This document shows, in pieces, positions 13,801-27,233 of a stretch of 64,000 nt of DNA; position 1 is the first letter of the stretch, and each line of letters opens with the position of its first letter. The translations under genes and the position numbers were made by a program. Source of the DNA: Balanoglossus misakiensis (taxonomy: Eukaryota > Animalia > Hemichordata); assembly GCA_040954595.2 (NCBI GenBank), contig CM082594.2, positions 10,542,176 through 10,606,175 on the forward strand, given 5' to 3'. Under the pieces are notes generated by a model that worked only from the letters and a program-made list of their open reading frames with translations, was not told the origin of the DNA and searched no databases.

Positions 13801-16800
13801 TTATTTGAAGCCGATGAGTACGAGAGAATCATCATGGCCGTTCGCCCCAAAGCCAAAGAGGTGGGCATCCCAGAAGGCAGCAGGGATGAAATCTATAACT
13901 ACTTCATCAACCGTGTCAGATCTAATTTGCATATTGTACTCTGCATGAGCCCGGTGGGTGACTCGTTCAGATCGCGCTGTCGTATGTTCCCGTCTCTGGT
14001 CAACTGTTGTACAATTGACTGGTTTACGGAGTGGCCCAGGTAAGTCGTTAACTTGTGTTTCCTCTTGAATAGAACAGTTCATGTGGATAAGAGAATTATG
14101 AACATTTCTTCGGAGTGCATGATCTGATCAATTGTCAGCTGAAATGTAATATTTTTTTGCTGCTTTTTTTACACAGGGAAGCTCTGCAGTCTGTATCAGA
14201 GTCATTCTTTGAACAAGTTGACCTGGGAGAAGATGAACTGAAGGGCAAAATCAGCGAGATGTGTGTGGAAATCCACACCAGTGTCAGTGAAATGGCCGAA
14301 AAGTTCTACGTCGAGTTGCGTCGTCGCTACTACACCACGCCTACCAGCTACTTAGAACTGATCAACCTTTATTTAAGTATGCTTGCTGAAAAGAAAAAGT
14401 AAGTTTTCCACTGGGGATTTTTTTTAATTCTTCAGACCCAAGCTATTTTAATACAACTATTTATAAAGAAACATGAAAAGTATTGACATTGAAATTATTA
14501 ATTGTTCCCCACAGACAACTTGTAGGAGCGCGTAACCGTATCAAGACAGGTCTGGACAAAATTCTTGAGACGAACACCCTGGTAGCTGAAATGGAGATCA
14601 CCTTGACCGCCCTGAAACCTGAACTTGAACAGAAGTCTAAGGACACTGAAGCCCTCATGGATAGATTGGCTATCGATCAAGAAGAAGCTGACAAAGTAAG
14701 TTTAGATTGTGTTAGAATAATGATATACGATCGCGACATTATGAAAGCATCATTCCTTGCTGTAAGTACAGCAATTTCACCTGTTCCCCACCATGGTTTG
14801 GTCCAGAGCCTTTTTTTTCTGTGGTAATGTTGGACCTCTCCACAGCAAAGCAGGGGTGAAATGGAAAAGAATGCACCACTGATACTATTTACTAATTTGT
14901 GTTTTGTAGGTTCGTAAAGTAGTTATGGAAGACGAGGCTATGGCCAGAGTGAAGGCGGAAGAGACACAAGCCATCGCCGATGACGCACAGAGAGATTTGG
15001 ATGAGGCACTCCCTGCACTGGAAGCTGCCAACAAAGCCCTGGACTCGCTGGACAAGAGCGATATCTCAGAAATCAAAGCCTTCAACAAACCGCCGGAGAT
15101 GGTAATGGTGGTCATGGAGGCCGTGTGTATCATTCTGACTGTCAAGTGAGTGTGACATTGTGGCCTTGTGAGGAAGTTATCAATTGGAAAATTCTCTCTG
15201 GACTGGACTGAGCCAAATTGTCATACAGATGGGGGTTATAAATAATATTTTGTCTTTTCCAGACCTGACTGGGCATCTGCCAAGACTTTACTCGGGGACC
15301 CAAATTTCCTGAAGAGGCTTGTTGAATACGACAAGGACAACATACCAGAAACTATCCTGAGAAAACTGAAGAAATACATCGAAAATCCCAAATTTGTACC
15401 TGATATTGTCGAGAAAACATCCAAAGTAAGTACATCACATTGTTTTAATAGTAACAGCAATGAATTATTGGAACATTTATTTTGAAACATACACAGACTG
15501 AAAGATGTACAAAACATCATAATTTGTTTCTTGTTTTTTTCCCTTGACAGGCATGTAAATCAATGTGTATGTGGGTGCGTGCTATGGATCTCTATGCCAG
15601 AGTATTCAGAACTGTTGAACCAAAGAGACAAAAGTAAGTTCCTTATATATATTACTGGTGGTCATTCATGTACTTGTGGTCATTAGAGATTTTTATTGAC
15701 TTTGATTGTTTGTGTTCTGTTTCCTAGACTGGCAGCAGCTGAAGCTGAGCTGGCTGCCACCATGGCCGTCTTGAAGGAGAAACAAGACAAACTTGCAGAC
15801 GTGGAAAGTAAGATTGCTGAACTGCAGGCACAGTACGAGGAAAGCGTGGACGAGAAGGACCGACTGCAGAAGAAGATGACACAGACGACGGGGAGATTGA
15901 AGCGCGCCGGCAAACTGCAGCTTGCCCTCGGCGATGAACAAGTCAGATGGGCTGAAAGCGTCAAGGTGAAACTATTTCTCACTGTTGTCAAATAATCAAG
16001 GATTGCAATTACAGTAAAGCAAGTCAATAGTAATAAGCATGTCACCCCATATCCTAATGAAATGATTCAACTACACTATTGTAAACTGTAGATTTCATCC
16101 ATATTTTGGTGGTGGCAGAGGGCTTTGAGAAATGTGTGTTCTGCCAAATACTTGCATGGTGAGATGATCTAATGATGGATTTTTGTACAAACCCTAGGAC
16201 TACGACAGAGAGATTGGCAACGTTGTCGGAAATGTATTTGTGGCGGCAGCCTGTGTAGCCTACTACGGTGCCTTCACTAGTACATATCGAAATGAGCTTG
16301 TTGAAAGATGGATCGATCGATGCAAGGAACTGGAGATCCCCGTCAGTGACGACCTCAGTCTGGTCAAAGTCCTCGCCGACTCGTTTGAAATCCGTCAGTG
16401 GAACGCCGACGGTCTACCAAGAGATACTGTGTCTACTGAGAATGCGATCTTGGTGACGAGAGGAAGACGGTGGCCATTGATGATTGACCCTCAGGACCAG
16501 GTCAGAATTTTGATGAAAATAAATACTAAGTTCATCACTTTGAAACTTTAATCAGGGGGAAATGATGATAGTGTCTTTCTGTACCAGCTTGTATACACTT
16601 TTGACAGACATCTCCATGTGTCTTTGTTTGACAGGCCAATCGTTGGATCCGTAACAGAGAGATGAAGAATGGTCTCAAAATCATCAAGTTGACAGATGCG
16701 AACTTCTTGAGAACTTTAGAAAATGCCATCAGGCTCGGAATGCCTGTGTTGCTAGAAGAAGTTGGAGAAACCATTGACCCTGCCTTGGAGCCTATACTTT

Positions 16801-19800
16801 TGAAACAAACTTTCATGTCTGTGAGTAGCAGTTTTGTCTTTTTAATTCCTTGCAGAGTCTTGTGCAGTCGTTTTGAGATCAGAGACAATAGGGATGGGGA
16901 GACAAAATGGCTGCAGGAATAAAAACAACATTTGGAGCAGTTATCTGCTGTACGACCAGTGGCGTTTATATCAACTGTGAGGTCTGACTTTTTCAAATTT
17001 TGAATTAATTATTCATCAGGGTGGACGTCTGTTGATTCGTCTTGGTGACAGTGACATTGACTACGACAAGAACTTCAAGTTCTACATGACCACAAAGATG
17101 GCTAACCCTCACTACCTGCCAGAAATCTGTATCAAAGTCACCATCATCAACTTCACTGTCACAAAGTCCGGTTTGGAAGATCAGCTGCTGAGGTGAGTTT
17201 AGAGGTCATCTCTCAGTGCCCGTCATGCATTGGAGGATGCTCCTTGCCAAATTTTTGGATATCTGATTTGACAGTAATTGTTCAAAGATTTTCTGAGAAG
17301 TCCTGGAGAGCCAATTTCCCAAATCTTACTGTTTGTACCACTATATGGAGAAGCCAGTAAGTGCTTAATCAAAATTAGAAGGCTTGAAGGTTTACAACCT
17401 ACATATATTTCACCTTGCAAGATCACTCACACTTTGCATCCTTCCATTTTCAATTAAAAAAAACAGTGATGTTGTGCGTCTGGAAAGACCTGACCTTGAA
17501 GAGCAACGAAACCAGCTGATTGTGAGAATCAACGCAGACAGAAACCAGTTGAAAGCCATTGAAGATCGTATATTGAATTTACTGTTCAATTCCGAAGGCA
17601 ATATCCTCGACAACGAGGAGCTGATCAACACCTTGAATGAGTCAAAGGTAAGGTCATCCAAGGTCAATGTTGTCTGAGTCGTGTCAAGTTCAGGACCTTC
17701 CTGAGATGTTCGAATTTTAATCAGATTTCTGTACCATTTTTTGACCAGCAGTAATTTTTGTGTGCCATGTTATTCACCTGTTTGATCGTTTCTCTTCAGG
17801 TTACTTCTGGTGTAATCAAGAAACGACTGGGCGAGGCTGAGACAACGGAAGAGAAGATCTCGCTGGCACGCGAGAAGTATCGTCCAGTGGCGTCTCGCGG
17901 CTCAGTCATGTACTTTGTGGTGGCATCACTAGCAGAGATTGATCCCATGTATCAATACTCACTCAAGTATTTCAAACAACTGTTCAACAACACTATTGAA
18001 ACTAGCGAGAAGAATGATGATTTGCAGATCAGGCTGAAGATCTTGCTGGACACGACGACTATCGTGATCTACTCCAACGTGGCCCGAGGTCTCTTCGAAA
18101 TCCACAAACTGGTGTTCTCCTTCATGCTGTGCGGCGACATCATGAGGCTGGAGGAGAGGATTGCCGATCAGGAGTGGAATTACTTCCTTCGGGGAGCGAC
18201 AACCCTGGATAAGGTACGTTGATTTGTGTTTTTGTACTTTTGAGAACCATGTGTGTTTTTACCCCAAAAAATTAAAGAAAGTATTATATGACTTTCTCAA
18301 TTTTTAACTTTCTTGTTGACATTGCAGGTGTATCCACCAAAACCCAATGAAGAGTGGCTGACAGAGACACAGTGGATGGCTATATGTGATTTGAACGACA
18401 CTCTACCAGTTTTCAAAAACCTGCACAAAGAGATATTAGCTACACCAGTGTGGTGCAAAATAGGAGATTTGGAGGTAAGTTTGAGATCCAGTTTTAACCA
18501 GTTTAGCTCAGTGTGACTGTGAGCAATGTCTTTCAATTCAATTCAGTTCAATCAATTCAATTTAACTTCAAACTTTACGAAGACTCGTACACTGGAAATT
18601 TATCTTCCAGCTTCACTGAAACACACCAAAAATGACTTTGCATAAATGAACAAACATGTGTTCCTCTCTATGCCCTAAGGTTCGTCTGAACCCTGAGACA
18701 CATGAAGGATACGGCCCTGAACCGCTATATGAACCCCCAAAAGAAGATGAAGAACCAAACCCTGAAGATGAACTCAAGACAAAAGGACATTGGAATGTTA
18801 GATTAACTGACTTCCAAAAGCTCATCATGGTCAAAAGTTTCAAAGAAGAAAAGGTTTGAATATTTACCATTGCCATTCAATCAAGTAAAGATCAACAGTC
18901 AGATTTTTCATCATAATATGATGATGACTTGTCAACTGTATATATGGCATATATTTTTGAATGTGGTTACTAACATTAAAAAAAGAAATCACTAATTTTA
19001 GCTTGATATTTTCACTGTAGGTTGTGTTCGCTGTAACTGACTTTGTCAAAGACAATCTGGGCCAGAGTTTTATTGAGAATCCGCCGACAGACTTGGCGTC
19101 GCTGTACGATGACATGACACCCAGTACTCCACTGGTGTTTGTACTGAGCACTGGATCTGATCCCATGGGCGCCTTCCAGAGGTTTGCAAAGGAGCGTGGG
19201 TACATCGACAGGATCCAGGCCATTTCCTTGGGTCAGGGACAGGGCCCTGTGGCTGAGAAACTGATTGCAGAGGCCACTAAGAGTGGTGACTGGGTCTTCT
19301 TGCAGGTAAAAACACAGCACTCATATGTTCAGCCATGTTTTTTGTTAGCAGGCACCATGGGTTTATAGTCCTCTCACGATAAAACAAACTCATATCTATC
19401 CCATTTTTTTTACCATTATTCCTTATTTTTCCCCCTGCCCACAGAATTGTCATCTTGCAGCTTCCTGGATGTTGTCCATGGAAAACATCATCAAAGCCTT
19501 CGGAGAACCCGGAGCAGAACTCCATGAAGATTTCCGACTCTTCCTCAGCTCCATGCCCACAACGTCGTTCCCGGTGACTGTCTTGCAAAACAGCGTCAAA
19601 GTGACCAATGAACCTCCGAAGGGGCTGAGAGCCAACACCAGGAGAGCCTTCACAGAATTTACAAAACAATACTTTGAAGAACACAGTAAGTCTGAACTTG
19701 ATTTCAATTTTTGTTTAGAGGGGTGAAGACTCAAACCATCGCATAGACTGATGAAAGACCAAGAATCATTTTGCCGATGGAGAAATTTTACCATACAGTT

Positions 19801-22800
19801 CTTCAACTAATAGCAATGTTCTTTTTTCCTCTCTCAATTTCAGTTCTTGGAACGAATTGGCGTAAGGTTATCTTTGGTGTCTGCTTCTTCCATGCTATTA
19901 TCCAGGAAAGAAAGAAATTTGGACCCCTTGGCTGGAATATCAAGGTGAGAATTGTGATAAAATTAAGCAATAAAACACCCCCAGCCATGGTATATCACGA
20001 GATTTTGACCAGTTCACGACATATACGCACGAGCGATAGCGAGTGCGTATATGGAGTTGAACTGGTCAAAATCGAGTGGTATACCATGGCTGGGGGTGTT
20101 TTATTGCTATTATATTATGCCAGTATATTGAAACTTTGCATAAAACATTTTAAAAAGGCATTTTCTTTAACTATGATATATGACTGTGGTATATGGCTAA
20201 TATATCACGGTCACGTGTCGTGTCTCGACCAATCAAATAGCGTGATTTACACCATCAATATACTGGTATAATATAATAGATATTATAGATGGTAAACATC
20301 TGAGAAATAATCTAGACTCGCTGTATTTATCTATACAGCGAGACATTCTGAATGCTGTTAAGAGGCATGAGACCAAAAAAAGGCAAAATTACATTTTCTT
20401 TTTCGTAATCTGTTGACAGTATGAGTTCAATGACAGTGACAGAGAATGTGCATTGGAGAACCTGAAGATGTTCTGTGCAGATGGTGAGATCCCGTGGGAT
20501 GCACTGGAATACATCACAGGAGAGGTAAGATGTTAATCATACTTCCAGAAATTAACCACAGGGTTTCCCTAAGTTTTCATTCATTTTTCTTATAAACAGG
20601 ATAGGACTGTGGAGAATCAATGTTTAAATTCAGTTACAGAAAAACCTGATGTAATATTGTTAAAAATATAATAGGAAAAATGTTCAACTTTTGTTATTTT
20701 CTGTTTCCACAGATTACATATGGTGGGCGTGTGACTGACGCTTGGGATCAGAGATGTCTGCGAACTATTCTCAAAAGGTTCTTCGCTCCTCACACACTGG
20801 ATGAAGGCTACAAATTCTCAGATTCAGGTAAGATAACTATTCTGTTATATCATGTTTGAAATGTCAAAATTGAAATTTCTCTTCTGAAGCAACTTTTGCA
20901 CCAAGCAAGTTTCATCAACATACTTTCATATGCCAGTTTCCACCAGACTCAGCACTCACAATCTTTTGATTACTCTTGATCTATTGCAGGAATCTACTAC
21001 TCTCCGCCGTACGAAACTCTCAAAGAATACCAGCAGTATATTGAACAACTGCCAATCATAGATGAACCAGAAATATTCGGTATGCACGAAAATGCCAACT
21101 TGGCATTCCAGGTATGTTCCTGTTATTCTTTCTTGTTTTGTTGGATTATTTTGAAATGTGATAATTATTACAGTATTCTTCAAGAATGCACTAAAAATGA
21201 TCTTTTTTTTTCAGATTCAAGAAACCAACGCGCTGATCTACACCATCTTGGACGTACAGCCACGCATGGCTGGTGGTGGTGGTGGCAAAACCAGCGATGA
21301 AATCGTCTTCGAGTTAGCTGACAGTATCCTGGAAAAAATACCAGACAAGTTGGATATTGAGGAGGCCAACCGCGCCATGTTTGAAGTAAGTCCATCAAAG
21401 AAGGAAAACAAATAATGATGGAATGTAAAACTGTAATGTTTTCATGAGGCGTGCATTGCCAAAGTGATGGTAAAAAAAAAAAAAAATTTTGGAAGCAGAG
21501 TTGGAAAGTGAGGCCAAGCAAGTAATCACTCTGTGTTGATTTGCTGTACAATGCATTTTTTTCTTGAAATGACACTATTTTCCTTTTCTTTTTCACATTT
21601 GATTGACAGCCGGATGATAAGGGGCGTATCAATTCACTGACCACTGTGTTGACCCAGGAAGTGGAACGTTTCAACAAGCTGTTGAAAGTCATCAAGGTGA
21701 GTTGAATTACATCATTTGATAATCTCCCCATGCTTGTGTTAGTTCCATATCAACTCATATGGCATAGTGTACATGGGCAAACATTAATATCTTACAAATA
21801 CTGTTCAATCATGAATATACATGTATTCTTATGCTCTCTCAACAGACATCTTTGCAAACCATCAAGAAAGCCATCAAAGGTTTGGTGGTGATGTCTGAAG
21901 AGCTTGAAAAGGTGTACAACAGTTTCCTGATCAACCAAGTGCCTACTCTGTGGGCAAATGCTGCGTATCCATCGCTGAAGCCGCTCAGTGGATGGGTGAA
22001 AGATCTGGTGCTTCGTATTGGATTCATCAACGTAAGTCTTATAGATCCACACACTGAAGGAAATCTGATCGTAGAAGTCATGAGGATTTCATATTGAAAT
22101 CAAATGTCCTGCATATAATGCAAACATGCTGTGGTTTTTATGTTTCATATTTGAAGTCAAGTATGATGTCAAAAAGATATGGTATTGACTTGTGTTGTTT
22201 GTTTATGTCCACAGCACTGGATTACACATGGTTTACCAAAATCATTCTGGTTGTCAGGGTTCTACTTCCCTCAAGGTAAAAGTCAAAACAGATATTTTCT
22301 GTTAAAAGTTACATACTCTGGAGTTTTTACATGCCAATCATGGTGTTCTTCTCTGAAGTTTAGCTCCAATTAAGGTATTTGCTGATTAACGTTGCATGTT
22401 GTTGCAAGACTCAATCGTATTCTGAAACACTCTCCCCGCAGGTTTCCTGACAGGTACCTTGCAGAACCACGCCCGTAAGTACAACCTTCCCATCGACGCA
22501 CTCAGCTTCCACTTCCATGTGATCCCACACTACAGAGACCAGCACGACGTGGCCATACAGCAGCAACATCTGGGATTCGGTGAGACAATGGAGGCTGACA
22601 AAGAGGTAAGATTTACACCAAACAAGCCAATATACTGAGAACCACATTGTGAGATGCAGTCATTAAAGACAAGTCTGATGCTGATATATTTCACTGAAAA
22701 TGAAATGTGATGTCGTGTTTCAATATGGAAAATAACAGATTCTGAGTTTATGTTCCACAATGTAGAAATTCTCTGATGACAATGTAATCAAAATTATGCC

Positions 22801-25800
22801 ACCACTTTTCAACATCACCCATAGTGCAATTAATGCTGCATAAAGTGGAAGAAATGCAGCATAAGAGTCAATGAAAGTTGCCTAGCTTTTCACTCCATGT
22901 AATCAATTTGTAATGGATTTCATGTCGTTGCCGTTGTTTTCGTTTGTTCTGTTCATTTCATAGTTGTTTATGTAACCTGTGTACTTGATACACATGGTTT
23001 TAGACCAGTAAGCTATTTATTTTCATCACATGGTTTGATAGTTAGTTTAACATAATTTGATAATGATTTTAATTTAGTTTGATAGTGAATTTTAATTTTG
23101 TTAGTTGTTTAAAACTAATTTGCCAGTGATTTTAAATTAGTTTGTTTTGGTTATAAAGTTATTTTAGCATTCTCTGAGCAAGGTTATCAGATATGCTAGT
23201 TGATTTCATGATGATTTCACGAACACACTTGTTGATTTCAAATGTTAGGGAAAAGACAGTTCCAAAGACAAAGACAAGGAGAGTCAGGAAAAGAAAGCAG
23301 AAGAAGCAGAAAGTCAGGAGAGTCTTTATTGTATGTGTAGACATATTCTGCCAGAAAATGACGTAAGTTCATAGGTCAGATGTCATAGGTCAGGTAGACA
23401 GACATAGGAGTCATATCAGCAGGAGAATAGGGCAATAATAATAGGGGTACAGCGGTACAAATGAACAAACAAACAAACAAACAAAGTCAACATTACTAAA
23501 CATAATATGTGCGTCTTTTCTGTTGTCGTCGTTCTGTGTGTGTCGATCATCGTTAAATTTATGACTACATACATTTTTTTCCAGCATTGTGACTTAAATG
23601 TGATGTTAACGCATTTTGTTGCAGTGTACAAATGTCCCAGTCAGTGTTGTGTGTGTGTGTGTTATAGCTGATTGGATCGCAAGGTTGATAACTTGACCTG
23701 GCAATGATCTCAGCAAACAATCCATACATCACATACAATGTGCTTCAGTTAATTACACCATCACTTCAAGTGCTTTGTCCCAGTACAATTCACACATTGC
23801 GATCATCAGTAGATTCATTTTATTCTATTGCCATCCCACAGCGATAAAATATATCTGCAAATAGGCTTATTAAAAGTGACCTCACGATTTACATTAAATA
23901 GTGCCACAAAAAATAAACATATTTTTTATGAATTTCATACAAATCCATAATGACATTCATGATGTGAATTTGTTGTGTCTTCAATGTAACTTTTTCACAC
24001 TGTACACTGAAAATAGAAGTGTAAAGTTCAACTTTGGGTGCAAATGTGTTGTACATATCATCTCAAACATGAATGATATGAAACATAAAGTTTATTTTTT
24101 GTGGCCAGCTATGAGGTCATCACACGATGTACATTTCACCATCACTCAGCTTTCCACCAAGGCTGCGTGATTTCCACCCATTGGAGCTGAATTAGCTTTT
24201 ATGTCTCTCTGACACGTACACGCTTCTCCCCCTCCCCACGCACACCCCCCAAACCTCGTCTCACCCTCTGATCTCCCCTCTCACCGTTTCCTTCCTTCTG
24301 TCACGTCATTGTAGAAGAAACCCAAGGCAACTGATAAGGAAAAAGAGAAAGATAGGCCTAGTTCTAGTTTCAGTACGGTTGAGTGCGAAATAGATCGCAA
24401 CGTGAGTATAATATCTACCGCAACACCACCCACGCCCATGCATGCCGTGTGAAACCGCACACTAACGATCCCTCCCCCCAAACAGCACTAAAGTTTGCAG
24501 TGTGACTTTTAATACTCAACACAACAGCCAGCTCGAAGCATATTCGCTGAGAGCTACCTGGGTACTTTGTTGTTCTTGTTTTTGACAATGCATGTGAGGG
24601 TGTTTTTTTTGTGTGTGACTGACACTGCTTGCCTTTTCGGGGCAATTTTCTTTTTACAGCAGCTGGGGTAAAAATATCCAAGCTCTCAAATGCTGTAAAA
24701 TTTGCATTGTTTGAGCGCAGACATATAAAACCTTGATTATCTGAAACCAGTAATTGGAAACAGTTTCTAAACATGATATCACAAAAATACAGTTCTGTTT
24801 GTTCAGAGGTTTTAAATGGTAGAAATATAGTAAAAGAAAATCTACCATTGCCTATGTTGAAATTTCTATGATATCGACCAGAAAATGCATATACATGTAC
24901 TATTACTGTAGAGAGATAATTAAGGTTTTAATCATTTACATTTCTATGAAAGCAATGACTTGATGTATAGTTCCTCTGCAAGGAGGAAAGCAATCTCTCA
25001 TTAAAAGTTTATGCACAGAAATGCATGTATTGGATATTTGGTAAAGTTTTCTAAACATCAAGTCAGTGTATGTTTCATAGGAGTGTGGCCTCATGGGATT
25101 GAATGGTCATTGTGTCATTAAAAAAAATGTGACATTGTCGGTTGCGGTGGTAGTAGATGTAGTCATGGTGACGGTGTAGTTGTTAGATCTGTACATTTAT
25201 GGACTAACTCGGGCTTGATTTATGTTGTCTAATCACGTTTACCCTTTGCATTTGTTTACAGTCGAGTTTATCGATTTTTCATGAGTGTTGTTGTGTTTAA
25301 GACTGAGACCAGTTGCACACACATTTGTGTTCCGTGTTCAAACTTGTCTGTTCAAACACAGTGTGATGTCAGTATTGCTGAACGCACAGTGTCAAGCTTC
25401 TTGTAATGGTGATGGGTGTCCCCCCCTCCCCTGGGGGGACAACAGGTGAAGATGACAGGCGTAACTTGTGACATATGTCTAGTCTCACAGTAATTGACAC
25501 CCAAACTGACAAAAAACACAAAAACATCCTTACAAGACAATTTAATACTTCAGATGTCTGTCCAGCAAGTAAAGTATTTTCAAGATAAAAGCATGGGGCA
25601 CAGTTTTACGTGCGTGAGTGTGTGTGTGTTTGAGAGCACCTACATTCTTTAGATTTGGTACTAATGCGTGTAAACAGAAAAGTAGAAAAAGCAGTGCTCA
25701 TTTGTATCCTGCAACCGTCTCCACAACAGATTCCTCATCCGGACGATGGTGTCATGGTGCACGGATTATTCCTAGACGCCGGTCGCTGGGACGACGAGAA

Positions 25801-26178
25801 CATGCAGCTGGCTGATGCGTTGCCCGGGGAGATGAACCCGCCACTACCCATCATGCACATGGAGCCCAAGATGAACTTCACTCCGGACGAGAGTGATTAC
25901 AACAGTCCGCTGTACAAGACTGGACTCCGTGCTGGTGTGCTCTCCACTACAGGTGAGTCATGTGTTCAGGCTTTGCAGTATTTCCCCAGTTGTAGTAAAC
26001 TGGATCAATTGTATCTTTCTCAGTACACATGTAGTTAAATCATTTGCATTGAGTCCCTTTTTTCCCTATTACAGGTCATTCCACAAATTTTGTCGTCGCT
26101 GTCCATTTGCCGTCCGACAAACCTCAAGATTATTGGATTTCCAAGGGAACTGCACTGCTGTGTCAACTAAATGAGTAA
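347..26178 (+). CDS. DNAH6: Axonemal inner-arm dynein heavy chain, DNAH6-like; about 64 coding exons, complete from ATG to stop
   Basis: Exon-sized ORFs flanked by GT..AG translate to dynein motifs in order: linker [18 protein letters not shown]; AAA1 P-loop GPAGTGKT with CFDEFNR; AAA2 GPTGGGKT; AAA3 GTTGVGKS; AAA4 GVGGTGKQ; stalk/MTBD; and C-terminus ...[34 protein letters not shown], which I recall as matching the DNAH6 end. ATG 347 has an in-frame TAA at 323 just after an acceptor at 319, so it is the likely start. Exon count is a manual tally. Confidence 0.93.
1825..1882. repeat. (GAT)n microsatellite in a DNAH6 intron
   Basis: Direct atgatgatg run; it explains the poly-Met ORF. Confidence 0.97.
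7008..7034 (+). other. Candidate 27-nt frame-preserving microexon in DNAH6 (adds DMTSETQKQ)
   Basis: tgcag|acatgacaagtgaaacgcagaaacagg|gtaaag. Phase 1 at both ends matches the flanking exons (ending 6901, starting 7094) and there is no stop. Confidence 0.45.
19966..20278. mobile_element. Non-autonomous palindromic element (MITE-like) in a DNAH6 intron
   Basis: Imperfect hairpin 19966-20108 (agcaataaaacacccccagccatggtata...tataccatggctgggggtgttttattgct). A second inverted pair follows: tattatattatgccagtatattga (~20109) ... tcaatatactggtataatataata (~20278). Confidence 0.7.
23249..23362 (+). other. Candidate alternative cassette exon of DNAH6 (114 nt, 38 aa [38 protein letters not shown])
   Basis: ttag|gga...gac|gtaagt. 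Phase 0/0 like the host intron (22606-25729), open frame, perfect donor. Confidence 0.6.
24315..24401 (+). other. Candidate alternative cassette exon of DNAH6 (87 nt, 29 aa [29 protein letters not shown])
   Basis: Long pyrimidine tract then gtag|aag...aac|gtgagt. Phase 0/0, open frame, with downstream TGCATG and ACTAAC motifs. Confidence 0.65.
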
Positions 26179-27118
26179 AATAAAAAAAGGTTTTCATCTG
26201 AGCAGAACTTTTCTCTTCAAATCACCAGTTGCCCTGCAAATCCTGTACAGTTTATTGTAAGTAATTTGATACACTGTGTTTGACACTGAAATTAAATTGT
26301 TTGAAAGTGACATTGTTTTGTCATTGTTGTGCATCTGTTTAATAATCAACCAAGTGTAAGATATCTTTAACCAAAATTTCAAAGTCCGTCCAAAAAGCTA
26401 ATCTAACAAATGAACAAAAATAGACATAGTTCATATCACAGATGACATGTACATCACAAAGTGTTTGTTGAAATTTTATTATCTCAGACATACTTAACTA
26501 TATTTACAACTTTGTTGATATTCAATGTGATTTAAAACATTCTTTTACATACATTTTTTTTGTTTTGGTTGATTGTGATCACATTGGCATTTACGACGTA
26601 TTCTCTGTTTGTTTTTGTCTTTGTTTGCGATCACACATTGCATTGAATATTAAAAACTGGCAAGGTACATTGTATATTATTTGTTTAAAATATATTGGAC
26701 CGTGGTGTGATGTTTGTTGAGTTTGACAAACACATTTCAAACATTAACTATCACATTGATTTTTCCCCCTTCTGTAAAATTTGTAGACTATAACATTTTG
26801 TATCTTATCTTTCTGTATGTATTTAAACAGCGACATCCATCCATTGTAGTGGGTCAGTAAAAAGTATTCCTCTCAAACCTGTTTTTATTGCGTGTAATAA
26901 AACATTGCAGATAGGAAATGTACAATTGAAAAATATAAAGATTTGTAAATTACTGAGTGTACAATGTTGTATGTCAAAATAAATAAAACATACAGTATTT
27001 CCATTGACATGACATGAATATAGAGTGTGTGTGTGTGTGAAAATAATTAAACGGGCATTGAAACATATAAACAATATTGGATTCCAGGCTACAAAGTCAC
27101 ACCATAGCTGTTACATTT

Positions 27119-27226
27119 AATGTCCAATCACAAAGTAGCTATTATCTTGGTTGACCAGAATGTCCAATCAGAAAGCAGCTCTCTCTATTTGATTGGTCAG
27201 AATGTCCAATCACAAAGCAGCTCTCT
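27119..27226. repeat. Three ~40-42 bp tandem copies (core aatgtccaatcacaaagcagct) just beyond the stop of the Mieap-like gene
   Basis: Cores start at about 27119, 27159 and 27201. Confidence 0.8.
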
Positions 27227-27233
27227 TGCACAA

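Noticed and set aside
25362-25406. Possible alternative terminal exon of DNAH6 ([14 protein letters not shown])
   Set aside because: It has an AG and a short phase-0 frame, but no other support, and this arises easily by chance. RNA evidence is needed.
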